A stretch of 64,000 bases of DNA from Octopus sinensis (Eukaryota). Below, one piece after another: positions 11,960-24,600 of this stretch. The first letter of the stretch is position 1. Every line of letters begins with the position of its first letter. Both the position numbers and the translations under genes were made by a program. Under the pieces are notes generated by a model, which saw only the letters and a list, made by a program, of their open reading frames with translations, searched no databases and was not told the DNA's origin. The DNA lies in assembly GCF_006345805.1 (NCBI RefSeq), contig NC_043004.1, positions 27,218,001 to 27,282,000 of the forward strand. The letters are read 5' to 3'.

Positions 11960-12560
11960 TACTAAATCAATTTCACACAATATAATATATATATAAAAAA
12001 ATTAGAAAAAAAACACCTTTTATCAATTCAAGATGAACAATTAAATTACACTATCTAGAAAATTACATATAATAGAAAAATTAAAATTAAAATAACAATA
12101 AAATGTCAAAGATTAAGTAAATTGCAAAAATTAATAATTAAAAAAATAATAATAAAAACGTATATAATATAAAAACGTATTATATACGTTTTTATTAAAA
12201 ACGTATTATATACGCCTAATACGTTTTTATTATTATTTTTTGCAATTTACTTAATCTTTGACATTTTATTGTTATTCTAATTTTAATTTTTCTATTATAT
12301 GTAATTTTCTAGATAGTGTAATTTAATTCTCTCTTTCTCTTTTTCTCTCTTTTACTTGTTTCAGTTATTTGACTGTGGCCATGCTGGAGCACCGCCTTTA
12401 GTCGAGCAACTCGACCCTGGGACTTATTCTTTTTGTAAGCCCAGTACTTATTCTATCGGTCTCTTTGTTCATTTTGTTCATTTTGTTCATTTTGAATTGA
12501 TAAAAAGTGGGTTTTTTTCTAATTTTTTATATATATATATATTTATATATATAATATGAT
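11960..12560. repeat. AT-rich palindrome interrupted by a SINE
   Basis: Arms mirror around about 12190; right arm split by SINE 12330-12465 and resumes after ttgttcatt x3. Confidence 0.85.
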
Positions 12561-12810
12561 GAACTCTCCTGTCAAAGATGATATATGAGCATTCAGCTTT
12601 TGCTGAACGACCTGTAAAATAATTTGTTTCTAGTGATTAAATGTTCATGCCACACATTAGCTCACTCTCTCCATCAAACGACATTGTCTGAACAGGTGCG
12701 CTGTGTACCATGCATCAGGTGTCAAAGTGATCACCACAGAGCAACGTGAGATGAAGTGTTTTGTTCAAGAACACAATGCAGTACCTGGTTTCGGAATTTA
12801 AATCACGATC
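12545..12810 (-). mobile_element. tRNA-SINE-like repeat
   Basis: Second copy at 13340-13615; partial inverted copy at 52890-52970. Confidence 0.65.
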
Positions 12811-12835
12811 TATATATATTTCAAAGTATGCCAAG

Positions 12836-13075
12836 AAGGCGGTGAGCTGGTAGAATCATTAGCATGCCGGGCGAAATGCTTTGTGGTATTTCGTCTGCCA
12901 CTGCGTTCTGAGTTCAAATTCCGCCGAGATTGACTTAGCCTTTCATCTTTTCGGGGTCGATAAATTAAGTACCAGTTATGCACTGGGGTCGATGTAATCG
13001 ACTTAATCCGTTTGTCTGTCCTTGTTTGTCCCCTCTGTGTTTAGCCCCTTGTGGGTAGTAAAGAAATAGGTATGC
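12836..13075 (+). mobile_element. near full-length tRNA-SINE (family A)
   Basis: AGGCGGTGAGCTGGTAGAA A-box-like start, GAGTTCAAATTCC B-box, conserved central core. Confidence 0.85.
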
Positions 13076-13793
13076 CAAGAAGTGGTGCAGAGTACCAGAA
13101 TCTTTGACTTTAGTCAAACAGAACCAACTTCTCTAAAGCATTGTTAGAGTATCTGCATTTTTGAAATGCCTTAACTTTAAACTGAGGAAAGTTTGCATAA
13201 TGAATGCACTTCCTATTTATATATTATGCAAACCTGAAACATATGTACTGAATTATTTCAAAATATCACTCTTTCATTTGACTTCATTGTTACAATTCTC
13301 TCTATATATATCTGTCTGTCTGTCTGTCCAAATGGTAGTTTTTGAGTCCTGACGAAGGCAGTTTTGCAATTTCTAGTCGAACAACCTGCGCCGATTATTT
13401 ATTTATAGTGATCAAGTGTTCATGCTGCACATTAGCTCATTCCCTCCATCAAACTGATGTTGCCTGACCAGGTGCCTGGTGTGCCACATATCAGATGGTG
13501 AAGTGATCACAGACAATGGAAGATGAAGTGTTTCCCTCAAGAACACAATGCGTCACTCAATCCAGAAAATGAATCCATGAACTCATGACTGTGAGTACAA
13601 CATCCTAACCATTAGTCTGTGTGCCCTTATATATATATATATGTGACCTCATATATATATGTGCACTCGTATGTGTGTTTGTGTGTGGTAGTATTTATCC
13701 CCACTTAAAGGTAGATATGTTTAGAACACAGGATACTGTGATATTTCCCATGAGAGAACCTCTCATATGGTCTTTTGGTGCTTACTTTGCTAG

Positions 13794-13870
13794 CAAAGAA
13801 AAATCATTGCCATTGCTGCTGTTGAGACTACCAGGTTATATGCTTTCCTCTTTCCCTGGCCTTGTCAATG
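13794..13870 (+). CDS. candidate exon
   Basis: ttttggtgcttactttgctag| ... CAATG|gtaggt, alternative donor CAG|gttata at 13834; reads QRKIIAIAAVETTR(LYAFLFPWPCQ). Confidence 0.22.
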
Positions 13871-14009
13871 GTAGGTGCTCAACTGCTGGAGTTAGCAGTG
13901 ATGTCTTAGCTAGCAATATAAATGGAATCACAAAATAGCCAGTGGGCTTACTAAAGATAATTAGCAGCAACAGAAGTTTTAATACCAAACGGTAATATTT
14001 ATCCTCACA

Positions 14010-14690
14010 TTATCATTTATTGTCTGTTATCGACGCTGGTATTGATTGGACAGATTGACAGGAGGTGGTAAGTGAGAGGACTGTGCCAGCTCTGTTCTCA
14101 GCTTTGGCATGATTTCTATAGCTGGGTGCCCTTCCTAAGGCCAACCACTTTACAGAGTGTAGTGGAAGTTTTTTTTCCATATGCCACCAGTAATGGCAAA
14201 TTACCACATAACTTTCAAGACAAAGAACCCTCAACTTAGAGGATGAGTGTTAGGAAGGTGGCTTTGTACCAAGTGATGAGAGATTAAACTATGACAGAGA
14301 GACAGAAAGAGGTATCATGGTTACCCCAGTTAGAGTGAGAGAGAGAGAGAAAGAGAGTGAGAGAGGAGATGGTGGTGAAGATGTGTCAAGGTACAAAGCA
14401 GTGAATGTGAGTGGAGAGGTGCAGAGGACTGGACAGGGTCAGAGAATAAGGAATTTGCAAGAGTGCAAAAGGAAAACAAGGATGAGAAGGGAATGTTTAG
14501 AGTTGTGAACATAGATTCACAGAGGAATAGCAAGGTGAGAACAGGAGAGAGAGATGACAAAGTGACATTGGGCTGTTGGAGCAGGTGGAGAGAGTCAAGT
14601 GCATGACGAGATGTAGTTTGATTCATTTGTGAGGAGTTTGAATTAATGTAATGTGTATGTGGAGAATACATAATACACAGCACTTCCAGA
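14010..14690 (-). mobile_element. old family C relative with long pyrimidine-rich 5' region
   Basis: Decayed family C tail plus CT-rich extension; similar at 28340-29130 (minus) and 38010-39010 (plus). Confidence 0.5.
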
Positions 14691-14759
14691 ACTCTGTTTC
14701 ACTGAGCTGGGTACGTCTTCTCAAGAACCAGATATCACCAGAGATCTAGGTCTATTGTC

Positions 14760-15345
14760 ATTGCCTCCATGAGTCACATCATCTTGAGAGTGGCCCTCAC
14801 TAATTCATCCCATACCTTTTTGGGTCTTCTTCTTCCACAAGTGCCATTCACTTTAAGCAATCAGCACTTCTTTATACAGCTTTCCTCATTCATAGGCATC
14901 ACATGACCAAACCATCATTGCAGGCTACATCTGATTCCTCTTATGTCTAATTCTTCTTTCAACACATTTGTACTTTGTCATCCACACTGATGCTGTACAT
15001 CCATCAGAGCATGCTAGCTTCCTTCCCCTTCAGACTTTGCATGTCCTCTACATTCAGAGCTGAAGACTCACTGCCATGGAGCATGACTATTTGTACACAA
15101 GCATCATACGATCTGCCTTTCACTTTCACACAGAGACCTTTTTTTTTTTTACCAATAAAGGTAATAACTCTCTGAACTTTCTCCATCCTATTCTTATTCT
15201 AGCAACTATACTTTCAGAACATCCTCTTCCATTGCTGATTTAATCACCTAGATATCAGAAAGTTTCGTACAACCTCTGGGGAGCCTCTGAAGTATTTGAG
15301 AAGGTCTACATCTAGTGTGTCCTTAGTATTACTGTTCCTGCGTAT
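14760..15345 (-). mobile_element. RTE LINE 3' coding fragment (decayed)
   Basis: KGRSYDACV..MLHGSES and RWFGHVM motifs with stops and frameshifts. Confidence 0.8.
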
Positions 15346-15527
15346 CACAATGACTGGACAAAAGAATGGATACACACATATACATAGATACATACACATA
15401 TATACATAGGCATATAATAGACACAAGTATACCAAAATACTACAATTAATATATATAAGTACAAGGAGTAAACAGGTGAACAGTTACCAATGCTATGATT
15501 TTCTGCTTATGTGAATTAAACAAACAG

Positions 15528-15592
15528 GAAAAAGATATCTTAAATACTCCATACAACGAAAATATAGAATATTTACTACAGTTTACTTCGAG
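15528..15592 (+). CDS. candidate linking exon (phase 0 to 2)
   Basis: aaacaaacag|GAA...TCGAG|gtcaat; open EKDILNTPYNENIEYLLQFTSR. Phases fit between 3208 and 28024; splice sites only moderate. Confidence 0.25.
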
Positions 15593-17420
15593 GTCAATTA
15601 AATGTTTTGATGACTACTCAACTTGATAGGTGGTATTGAAACAAAAGCTGTTATACATTCAACCATACAATATATAAAGCAGTTCTTGACATCACAACTT
15701 GATGATAAATAAATCAATTGAGAATGTACAAAGGAACAAAGTAATCACAAACTGGAAGAATGAATCTCAAATATTCTACACAGAAAAATCGGAGCTTTTA
15801 CCATGATACACACACTTTATAAGTGTGTGAGGTTATGTGTGTGTGTGTGTGTGTGTGTGTGTTGTGTGTGTGTGTGTGTGTGTGTGCATGTTTTGACAGC
15901 TCCCATCTCGGATGTGTTTTTGTTGTGATCCACTGAACCTTCTTCCCATTAATGCCAAATATCTCAGATCAAATTGAATTGTGTGAGCCTTATAGAAATA
16001 TCAATATAATACAATATATGTGCAATAATACTTTTTATCAGATTCTTTCTCTGAGCCACAAACTTTAGACCCTGATTAAGCATACGCTTAAAGATATTTT
16101 TGTTCCGTAAAATTTTATTTTGATGTTGAATTAAATTTTTGTCAAACTTTTCCAAATTTAGTGATGCAATAAAATTCTAGCAAACACAAGATATAATAAA
16201 CATTTCATAATTTCATTCACCAGTTTTTATCTTTTTTTTTAATATTTATTTGTTCATTAGTTTTTTTCTTTTATATCACAATTTCAGCTTTCTGTTTCTC
16301 TCTGCAGCAGAAATGACATGATTTAAGCTCTATCTTCCCAACAATACATGTACAACTAAAAGAGTTCTTCAACATTGCAACTTCTCTGTGTAAAGTTGTA
16401 GTGAGGAGCAGAAATTAGAAAATGTAATATTAGCCACAGATAAAAATAGAGAGGAACCTACCGATGTGAATTAAATAGGATAAACTGTCAGACAGTTCAT
16501 CCCAAGCCATTTACAGTCATACTAAATGTGCAACTATTCCTCACAAAACCCATGATTTTCTGCACAAAAGGAGGCTCAAGCAACATAAAAATATACCCAA
16601 ATAATTCAATGTTTTGTCACTGTCATCAGTTGAGGGAGGAAAAACTTTGGTGGCAAATACTACCTGAAATAGACACAATGAATATTGCTTGACCTCTGGC
16701 AACAAGTAATATGCAGCTGCAGTAAAGGCTGCTTCACCCAAGCTGCAATCTCTGTCAAAAATACTGGAGAAAATAGTGCAGCAGGTAAGCTTGGCTGCAA
16801 CAGTAACAATTATAACATAACACAGACATACACACAGTTTCCGTGAAAAAGCGTAATCTCAAGAGGGCCATCACAAATAACTCCACTCATCTCACAGCTG
16901 AATCCCATTATTGAATGTTAGAGGTGTATTACATCTTAGTAACAGAAGTAATTTTCCCTTCTAGATGGGTAATACTGCAATATGCAGTCTAGCAAAATGC
17001 ATGGCACATACAGAATAGCATTTGATAACAAGCATATCTGCTGCTCAAATACAAAACTAAGTTGTAATTTGTTCTGACAAGCAGTTGTCATTGCAGATCT
17101 GTAATGATATCACACCCTTAGTTCTGTTCAAGCACTCAAACTTGGTCGTGACACATAAATAATACATATAAATTAATTTATTCACCAAATACTTCAAACC
17201 ATATCTTACAACATATTTGAAGAGAGCCTCATAAATATAAAGAGATATTGAATGAAACTAATCAACATTTTAATTTACTTCTCTTGGGTAACTTTAATCC
17301 TTTCTCAACTGTAAATGACATGAAGGCAACATTCCATCAGACTCTATACTTCAACTCACTAACATGTTGTTCATTGAACAAATAACACTCTATTTAACCA
17401 AGAGTAACAATACTTTAGAT

Positions 17421-17741
17421 CAGTGCTACTCAAAGTGGTGGTTCGTGGACTGGTGCAGGTCTGTGAGCCATCAGTTGCTGGTACATGGCGAATTTCCAGA
17501 ATTTCCAGAAAAGAAAGCAACATTATGAAATGCTTATAAAATGCTTTTAAAATATTTACACAATATTGTATTATTTGTTTATAAAAAAAATATAGGATAA
17601 AAAAATTGTCAACTTCTATTATATTCATTATATATATTGTTTCTGGTATAAATTAATATTACTAAGAAATATTACCATTCCCTGGCACACTGGAAAATAA
17701 AATCTGCCAGTACATCACATCAAATAGTTTGAGAAGCACTG
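17421..17741. mobile_element. hAT-Charlie-type MITE
   Basis: TIRs CAGTGCTACTCAAAGT / AGTTTGAGAAGCACTG; 8-bp TSD ctttagat/atttagat. Confidence 0.85.
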
Positions 17742-17779
17742 ATTTAGATCTCTGCTTTACAAATAGCATCCATATCATG

Positions 17780-19290
17780 TAGTGACAACAACATACTTCC
17801 TCTAACCATAGCATTGTAGAAATAATGATGCACAGCCCAAAGGAAACTAGCTGCAATGAGCACTCAAACTCTGTTCTGTTTGAATTTGTGTAAGATTGCT
17901 TCAAAAAGAAATTTCTAAGCTGAACTGACTCAAAAGTCAGCCTCTCTATTCAAGAAAATCTCATGTTCTGAGTTATTTCTGTTTGTAATGGATGCCTCGG
18001 GTATGTCCTCAAGTATATGAACAACCATTTTCAGTGTTTAAGTAGTCAGAGTCATAACTCAAATCTAATTAGTCCATTTTCATCTTTGTCTGTAAAACTT
18101 CCAGGATTATTTTCAATATTTTTGAATTTGTCATTAAATATATTCAGAAATATTCCAGTAAACTTCTACCATTGATTCCTGTTAATCCCTCACCCCAATC
18201 GACACCAATTCTATTGATAACATTCCAGGTGTTGGATCTTTTCCAAACATCTTCTAAGCTAAGCCCTTTTTCCTTAGCAGTTGCCTTAAGAATCTTTTTA
18301 ACAGCTTTGCAAATGTTGACAGTTGATGTCACTGTTTGAAGTTATGGCTAAATATCACTTGTGGTATTTGGAGACAAATATACTGCCTTGATTTAAGGAT
18401 AGTTACCATAACAATTTAGGGCATCTCAGTAGAATTATTTAATGTTAGAAATGTGCTAAATGATAATTTATTGCTGCCACATTGAACCCAAAACCAATCT
18501 TGATATGAAGCTGTAGTCAAGCAACTTTTTTGTATCTTATATTCCAAATGATTGGTAGCTTTCCTTTATACTTTCAAAGTTCTGGGATTTTCAGAGTTAT
18601 AGACTGGCATTGGCTTCAGTTTAAATGCATCAGCTACATTACCACCAGCAAGCAGCATCGGTCAGCCTTTAGCTGCTTCATGCCCAGATGCAGTTCTCTC
18701 TTCAGACATGTTTCTCCTAAATATTTTCTTTCAGACATCATCTTCCAAAAATAAATCAGTTTCATCACTGAAATATACTGTAGGGTATAACCTTCATTTT
18801 CAAAAATGTTAGCATAAATTTAAATAAATGTTGTTGCTGCCTCTTTATTAGCATTAGCTGTTTCACAATTCAGCTTAAAGTTATGCAAAGCAGTCATTTT
18901 TTCTAACATTTCAAACTATCCATTACTTGCCCAATATTTTGTTCTTCCAAGTGTTCTTCATCTGATAGATTTTCTCACATTATTTGCAAAACTCAGTAGA
19001 ACATCTTTTTCTATGTTAGTCATTAATACATTCTTTTAGTTAACTCTCCATATTTTTCTATTATTATGCCTCACTTTTGGACATAACTACCAGCAGCATA
19101 TTTCCTGCATATCAAACAGTTTTTTACTTTTATATCAGTTGGTTTATTCATGTTCCAATCTCTACCTACCAAAGATGGCAGTTAACCAGTTTCTGAACGA
19201 TTAATAATATCCATCCTTAATTCTATTTTTATTGGCTTTGTGGAGCCCTACACTGCTTCACATCTGACCCAGCTTTATCGTTTACATGTT
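17780..19290 (-). pseudogene. Tigger/pogo transposase relic
   Basis: WKMM..., GHEAAK..LLAGGNVADAFKLKPMPVYNSENPRTLK and YLSPNTTS match the Tigger DDE_1 domain; CENP-B-like HTH upstream; many stops. Confidence 0.8.
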
Positions 19291-19749
19291 GTATTAAGTT
19301 TTATTACTGCAATATATAATAATAAAAACTCCCAAATACTAAGATGGCCTCCAAATGTTGCTTTCGTCTAATGGCATCATGCAGTGAATAACTGTCATGG
19401 CATCTGTTACTTTACAAGCATGAATGAACAGAAATTTGCTCACTCATAGATTTCATTTTGCAGCACGTGTATTTTGTATACATGTATGATTCTCTGTTTA
19501 TTAATTTTGTAAAACCAAAATAAAAAAAGAAAAGATTCTATTCTTGCTTATTTCAGGGCAAGTTACAATATATACAGACAATGTTTGCATACATATACAA
19601 CTACTCGAGCTTTTTATGACATTGTGACTTAAAAAATTAAGTGGTGAATGAAGAAATAAAAGTGTATGTTTCATTCATCTAATGCACTTCGGTGAAAAAT
19701 GTACAAATGGTTAAATTTTTAGGGAATAGAAACTGAAATAATGGTGTCA

Positions 19750-20890
19750 TTTTAAAGGGTCTGAAAGTCAGTGGCACTAAAAACCATCACAGCCATAAAC
19801 TCCAGCACTGAATCGATCATCAGGTATAGTACCAGAATAATTAAATGGATAAAGGCAAACTTTGAGAATGTAGACAGAGAAATACAATAATTTCATGGCT
19901 TTACTTAGGCAGATGTTGATAGATTGTATTTCGTTTGAAAGGATGGAGGAAGAGGATTTAACAAACATGGAACACTATGTGGAGTCAAAAGTAGACAAGT
20001 TAAGGTAGAATGTTACTGACAGCAGAAGATGCTGTTCATGGCAGATAAGAAAAGAGGTTACGTTAACTGAAAGATGAAGTAAAATGAAGTGCTCAGAGCT
20101 ATAAGGTACAAAGAGAAACGTTTATACAGATAGTTTTTTCAAAGCACTGAAGGGTATTGAGATCACCAGTCATTTCAGTGGTTTAAGAAGGAAATATCAA
20201 AGAAAGAAACAGGGCGTTTAATTTTAGATGCACAGGATCAAACAACCAGAACAAGATATATCAGGAAGAATGTAGATAAGGAAAACATTTCTGCTGAATA
20301 TAGACTGAACATAAAATGCTTGCTCAGAAAGTCTATAAGTACTGGAGGCATGACAGAGTTCCTACAATCAAACATTGGCAATATGTTTTTGAAAATATGG
20401 AAAAATGGTATGACCATAAAACAAAAGACATCCGCAAAAATAACCATGTAAAGGTATTATGGGATATATATCTTCAAATGAATAGGCAATTAGAAGATTC
20501 ATGCTCAGATGTTGTCATATTCAAGAGAAGGAAAGAGTGCATTGTTTAATTGATGTTGCTTACCCATTTCAGACAAAAGTGGTAATAAAGAATGTGAGGG
20601 AATAGAAAAATCTCACGACTTAAAATATTAACTTCAAAGAATTTGGAATTGCCATTAGGGTTTCATCATTCTAATTGTAAAAAGAGCTGAAGAAACAGTG
20701 GCAAGAAGTTTGTTGATGATGTTGGATATCAAGACAAATTCCCTGACTGTACAAAAATCCTATATGTTTGGCACAGCAAAGACTATAAGAAAGTAAAACA
20801 CACCTAAGGTTGCAAGACACAACCTGACAGCAATCTTGTACCAGTTGAACAAACACGTAATATCCAGTGAACAAAAGAGATAGTAATAAT
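19750..20890 (+). mobile_element. R4/Dong-clade LINE 3' part (decayed)
   Basis: ADVDRLY...GGRG, AQDQ..RT, RHD, KVLWD.YLQ..D motifs (RT C-terminus and REL endonuclease); AAT tail. Confidence 0.8.
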
Positions 20891-21124
20891 AATAGTTTCA
20901 AATTTTGGAACATGGAGACCAAGTTTTGGAAGAGGGTGTAAATCGATAATATCAACCCCAGTGTTCAACTGGTACTTATTTTACAGACCTCCAAAAGATG
21001 GAAGACAAAGTTGACCCTGGCAGAATTTTAACTCAGAGCATCAAGATAGATGAAATGCTGCTAAGCATTTTGCCCAGCATACGAACAATTCTGTCAGCTC
21101 ATCACATTAATGATAATAACAATG

Positions 21125-21175
<51 letters not shown>

Positions 21176-21728
21176 CCCTGATGCAGTACCAGGCAGTGGC
21201 TCTCATGGCTTCTCATCTTAACTGATCGGAAGTGTTATCATGTACATTGTTTTGTCTTGGTATAAAAGATGGGCTACAGTAAATATTCTGCTCAATACCA
21301 CAGATATGCTCGTCAGTTGTTTGACCTTAAGCAGTTGAGCATGTCCCTTGGTGGCTGACGATATGTGCATCTCTGATCAAGAGCAGAAGTAGTGGGGGAG
21401 CATCATAGCCATGTGTTGAGAGGAATTCTTTGGGGTTTGAATAATTCACCTTTGGAAACATGGGTGTTTTGTTCAACATCCTTAAACAACCCTTATTCAG
21501 GGACCTTTTGAGTGGGATGGGCTACTCGACCTGAAGAAAATTCTAACTGGGCCCCACCTGCAAGGTCATGTGCTGTTTGTTTTAATATGAGATCACCATG
21601 TTGCACACACATGGTTGTGATGCATGTACCTGGTGTACCCTTATCAGACGGGTAGTCATGATGGGTATACTGGGCTTCGTATATTTTACCCCAGTGTCAC
21701 TTTGATGGCATGCACTACTCTCTCGCTC

Positions 21729-21730
<2 letters not shown>
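21176..21730 (+). mobile_element. family D repeat in (AAT)n
   Basis: Flanked by (AAT)n at 21110-21175 and 21730-21900. Confidence 0.85.
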
Positions 21731-21760
<30 letters not shown>

Positions 21761-21900
21761 TAACAATAATAATAATCATAATTATAACAACAACAACAAC
21801 AATAATAATAATAATGATAATAATAATAATAATAATAACAATAATAACAATAATAATAATAATATAATAATAATAATATAATAATAATAATGATAATAAT

Positions 21901-22345
21901 AAGACAGAAAGACAAGGAAGTTGCTAACTAGATATGGGTCACTCCACCCCAAAAGTGACACAGACAGATTGTATGTACCAAGACAAAGAGTGGAGGAGGA
22001 CTTATTGGATGTGAACACAGCATTAGAGCAGAAGAAAACAACATAGCATGGTGTTTAAAAAATGCCACAGAACCGCTATTATTAGAAGTAGGAAGGTCAG
22101 GCTTGGGTAAGATGAAAGATTGCAAAGATAAAGCACTATACAAGAAATTGAAAACAAATGAAACAAATAGGTGGGTAAAGAAAAGAATGCATGGTCAATT
22201 TCATGGGGGTGTTGAAGATAAGACAGACAGAGAAAAAAGATGGCTGTGGATGACTAAAAGTGATTTAAAACCGGAAACGGAGGTTCTGAACTGTGCTGCC
22301 CAAGAGCAAGCACTAAAAACAAACTACATAAAATACAGTCCAACC
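21901..22345 (+). mobile_element. R4/Dong-clade LINE fragment
   Basis: DRKTRKLLT..SLHPKSDTDRLYVPR and MHGQF...LKPETEVLNCAAQEQALKTNYIK. Confidence 0.85.
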
Positions 22346-22360
22346 CAAGGATATTAAAGG

Positions 22361-22419
<59 letters not shown>

Positions 22420-22590
22420 CAAATTTACAGAAAACAAAAGATGAAGACAGGTGTAGGAACAACAACGAGGTTTATTGGTTCAGGAAGAATGGAAAAGTCT
22501 TATATGTTTCAAGCCTACACTCTTTGAGGAAAAAAAATGGAGAGAGAAAAAAATGTATAACACACACACACACACACACACATACACATG

Positions 22591-22634
<44 letters not shown>

Positions 22635-23309
22635 TAGATACACAAATAGTTATATACTACATGCACACACATACACACATACGCATAAATATACATAAAT
22701 GTATGTGTACTTTATATATGCATTGTATGTAATATCGTACTTTTGCAGTGGCATTCTGACAATAATGTCATCATCAGATATACTGGTTGTGGCTTACATC
22801 GTTATTCTTAATTAATTAATTGACTAACTAATTAATTAATGAGCTAACAGTTGTTCACCATACAGCTGTATCTGGTTCAACAACTTCCTACTCCTGCAAT
22901 AAATTCTTTTCCTTTCTGTGTTTTGTATTTATGGTATTTGTGTTGGTGTGCATGCTTGTGCATATGTGTGTGCATGCATAGGTGTGTATGTCAATGTAGA
23001 TGTACTTGCTGTGTACTCTATGTGTATGTGTGCATCACTCAATGTGCATGAGCTTTTGTTTTGCTGTTTTTATTTTTGTTAGCATTCACTCACTCTCTCT
23101 CTTTCACACAAACACACACATGCACTAATAGGTTTCACAAATAGTAAACATGTCAAAAAATGACCACCACAGTAGAAAAAGGACTCAAAATGTAATTATA
23201 CAGATTATATATATTCATATATTAATGATTAAGCTATTTGCAATTGTACACTTATTTCTATATGAAATATGTCAACATCCTACAATTGTTAACAATTACT
23301 ATTATTTTT

Positions 23310-23940
23310 AAAGCAGTGAGCTGGCAGAATCGTTAGCATGCCAGGCAAAACGCTTAGTGGCATTTTGTTCGTCCTTACGTTCTGAGTTCAAATTCTGCCA
23401 AGATCGACTTTGTCTTTCATCTTTTCAGGGTCAATAGAATAGGTACCATTTGAACACTGGGGTCAATGTAATTGACTTACTCCTCTGCTGGACTTGCTGG
23501 CCTTGTATCAAAATTTGAAACTAAGGCGGCAAGCTGACAGAACTGTTAGCATGCAAGGCAAAATGTTTAGCATTTTGTATGTCCTTACATTCTGAGTTCA
23601 AATTCTGCTGCAGTCAGCTTTGCCTTTCATCCTTTCATGGTTGATAAAATAAGTTATCGACTTGACCCCAGCCCTGGAATTGCTGGCCAAAATATGAAAT
23701 CATTACTACTACTACTGTTACTACTGGTACTATTTAGGTGGCAATCTCGTACAATCATTACTGTGCTGAACAAAGTGCTAAGTGGCATTTCTTTTGGCTT
23801 TATGCTCCAATTCAGATACCCCTGAAATCAACTTTGCCTTTCATCTGTTTAGAGTTGATAAAATAAGTACTAGTTGTGCACTGGCGTTTCATGTAATCAA
23901 CTTTTGAAAATTGCTAGCCTTGAGCCAAAATTTGAAGTCA
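23310..23940 (+). mobile_element. three head-to-tail family A SINEs
   Basis: Three B-box and core units in tandem. Confidence 0.8.
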
Positions 23941-24600
23941 TTATTATTGTTGTTGTCATTCAGTAGTCTTATTTTCATCACATGCTTTTACTGCACTAGC
24001 AAGTGCAGTGCTGTGTGCTTTGGGTTTGTGCTGTGATTTGTTTTGGCGTTGTTATTTTTACTGTATTGAAAGTGTTTCGTGTAGGATGAGTGCAGTGCCT
24101 AGCAGTGCTATTTTCTGTATGTTATATATATTCATAAGTCATGATGTTTTGCTTATGTATTTATCCTTGAGTTTTTTTAGTCATACCTAATGCCTTATTA
24201 TCATTGGGATTGTTTCTGCTTTTAGGCTCCACATTTGGGTTACCTCTATTTCTAGATCTCTTTTAGAGATACATTGTCATCTGTTGGAATTGATACATCG
24301 ATTAGAAGTCATTTTCTCTCTTGATGATCTCTGACAACTATATCTGGCTTATTGGCTTTCGTTTCTCTATCTGTGTGTATTGACATATCCCAGAACATGA
24401 TTGTTTTGTCATTTTCTGAGACCCTTTTGGCAGTGTGCCTATACAACCTTTTTTCTGTTGTTATTCCATAGTGCTGGCATAGCTTCCAGGTTCCAACTCT
24501 GTCATGTCTGTGGATATATTTCTTTTTAGCCAGGACTGGGCAGCCAGAGACTATATGATCTATTGTTTCTCCCCAACCACCACATATTCTGTAGTTGATT
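23940..24600 (-). mobile_element. R4/Dong-clade LINE 3' end
   Basis: IQKIALLGTALILHETLSIQ* C-terminus, 3' UTR and AAT tail. Confidence 0.75.

Noticed and set aside
18144-18332. First read as a hAT transposase D motif
   Set aside because: Flanking frames match the Tigger/pogo DDE_1 domain instead.
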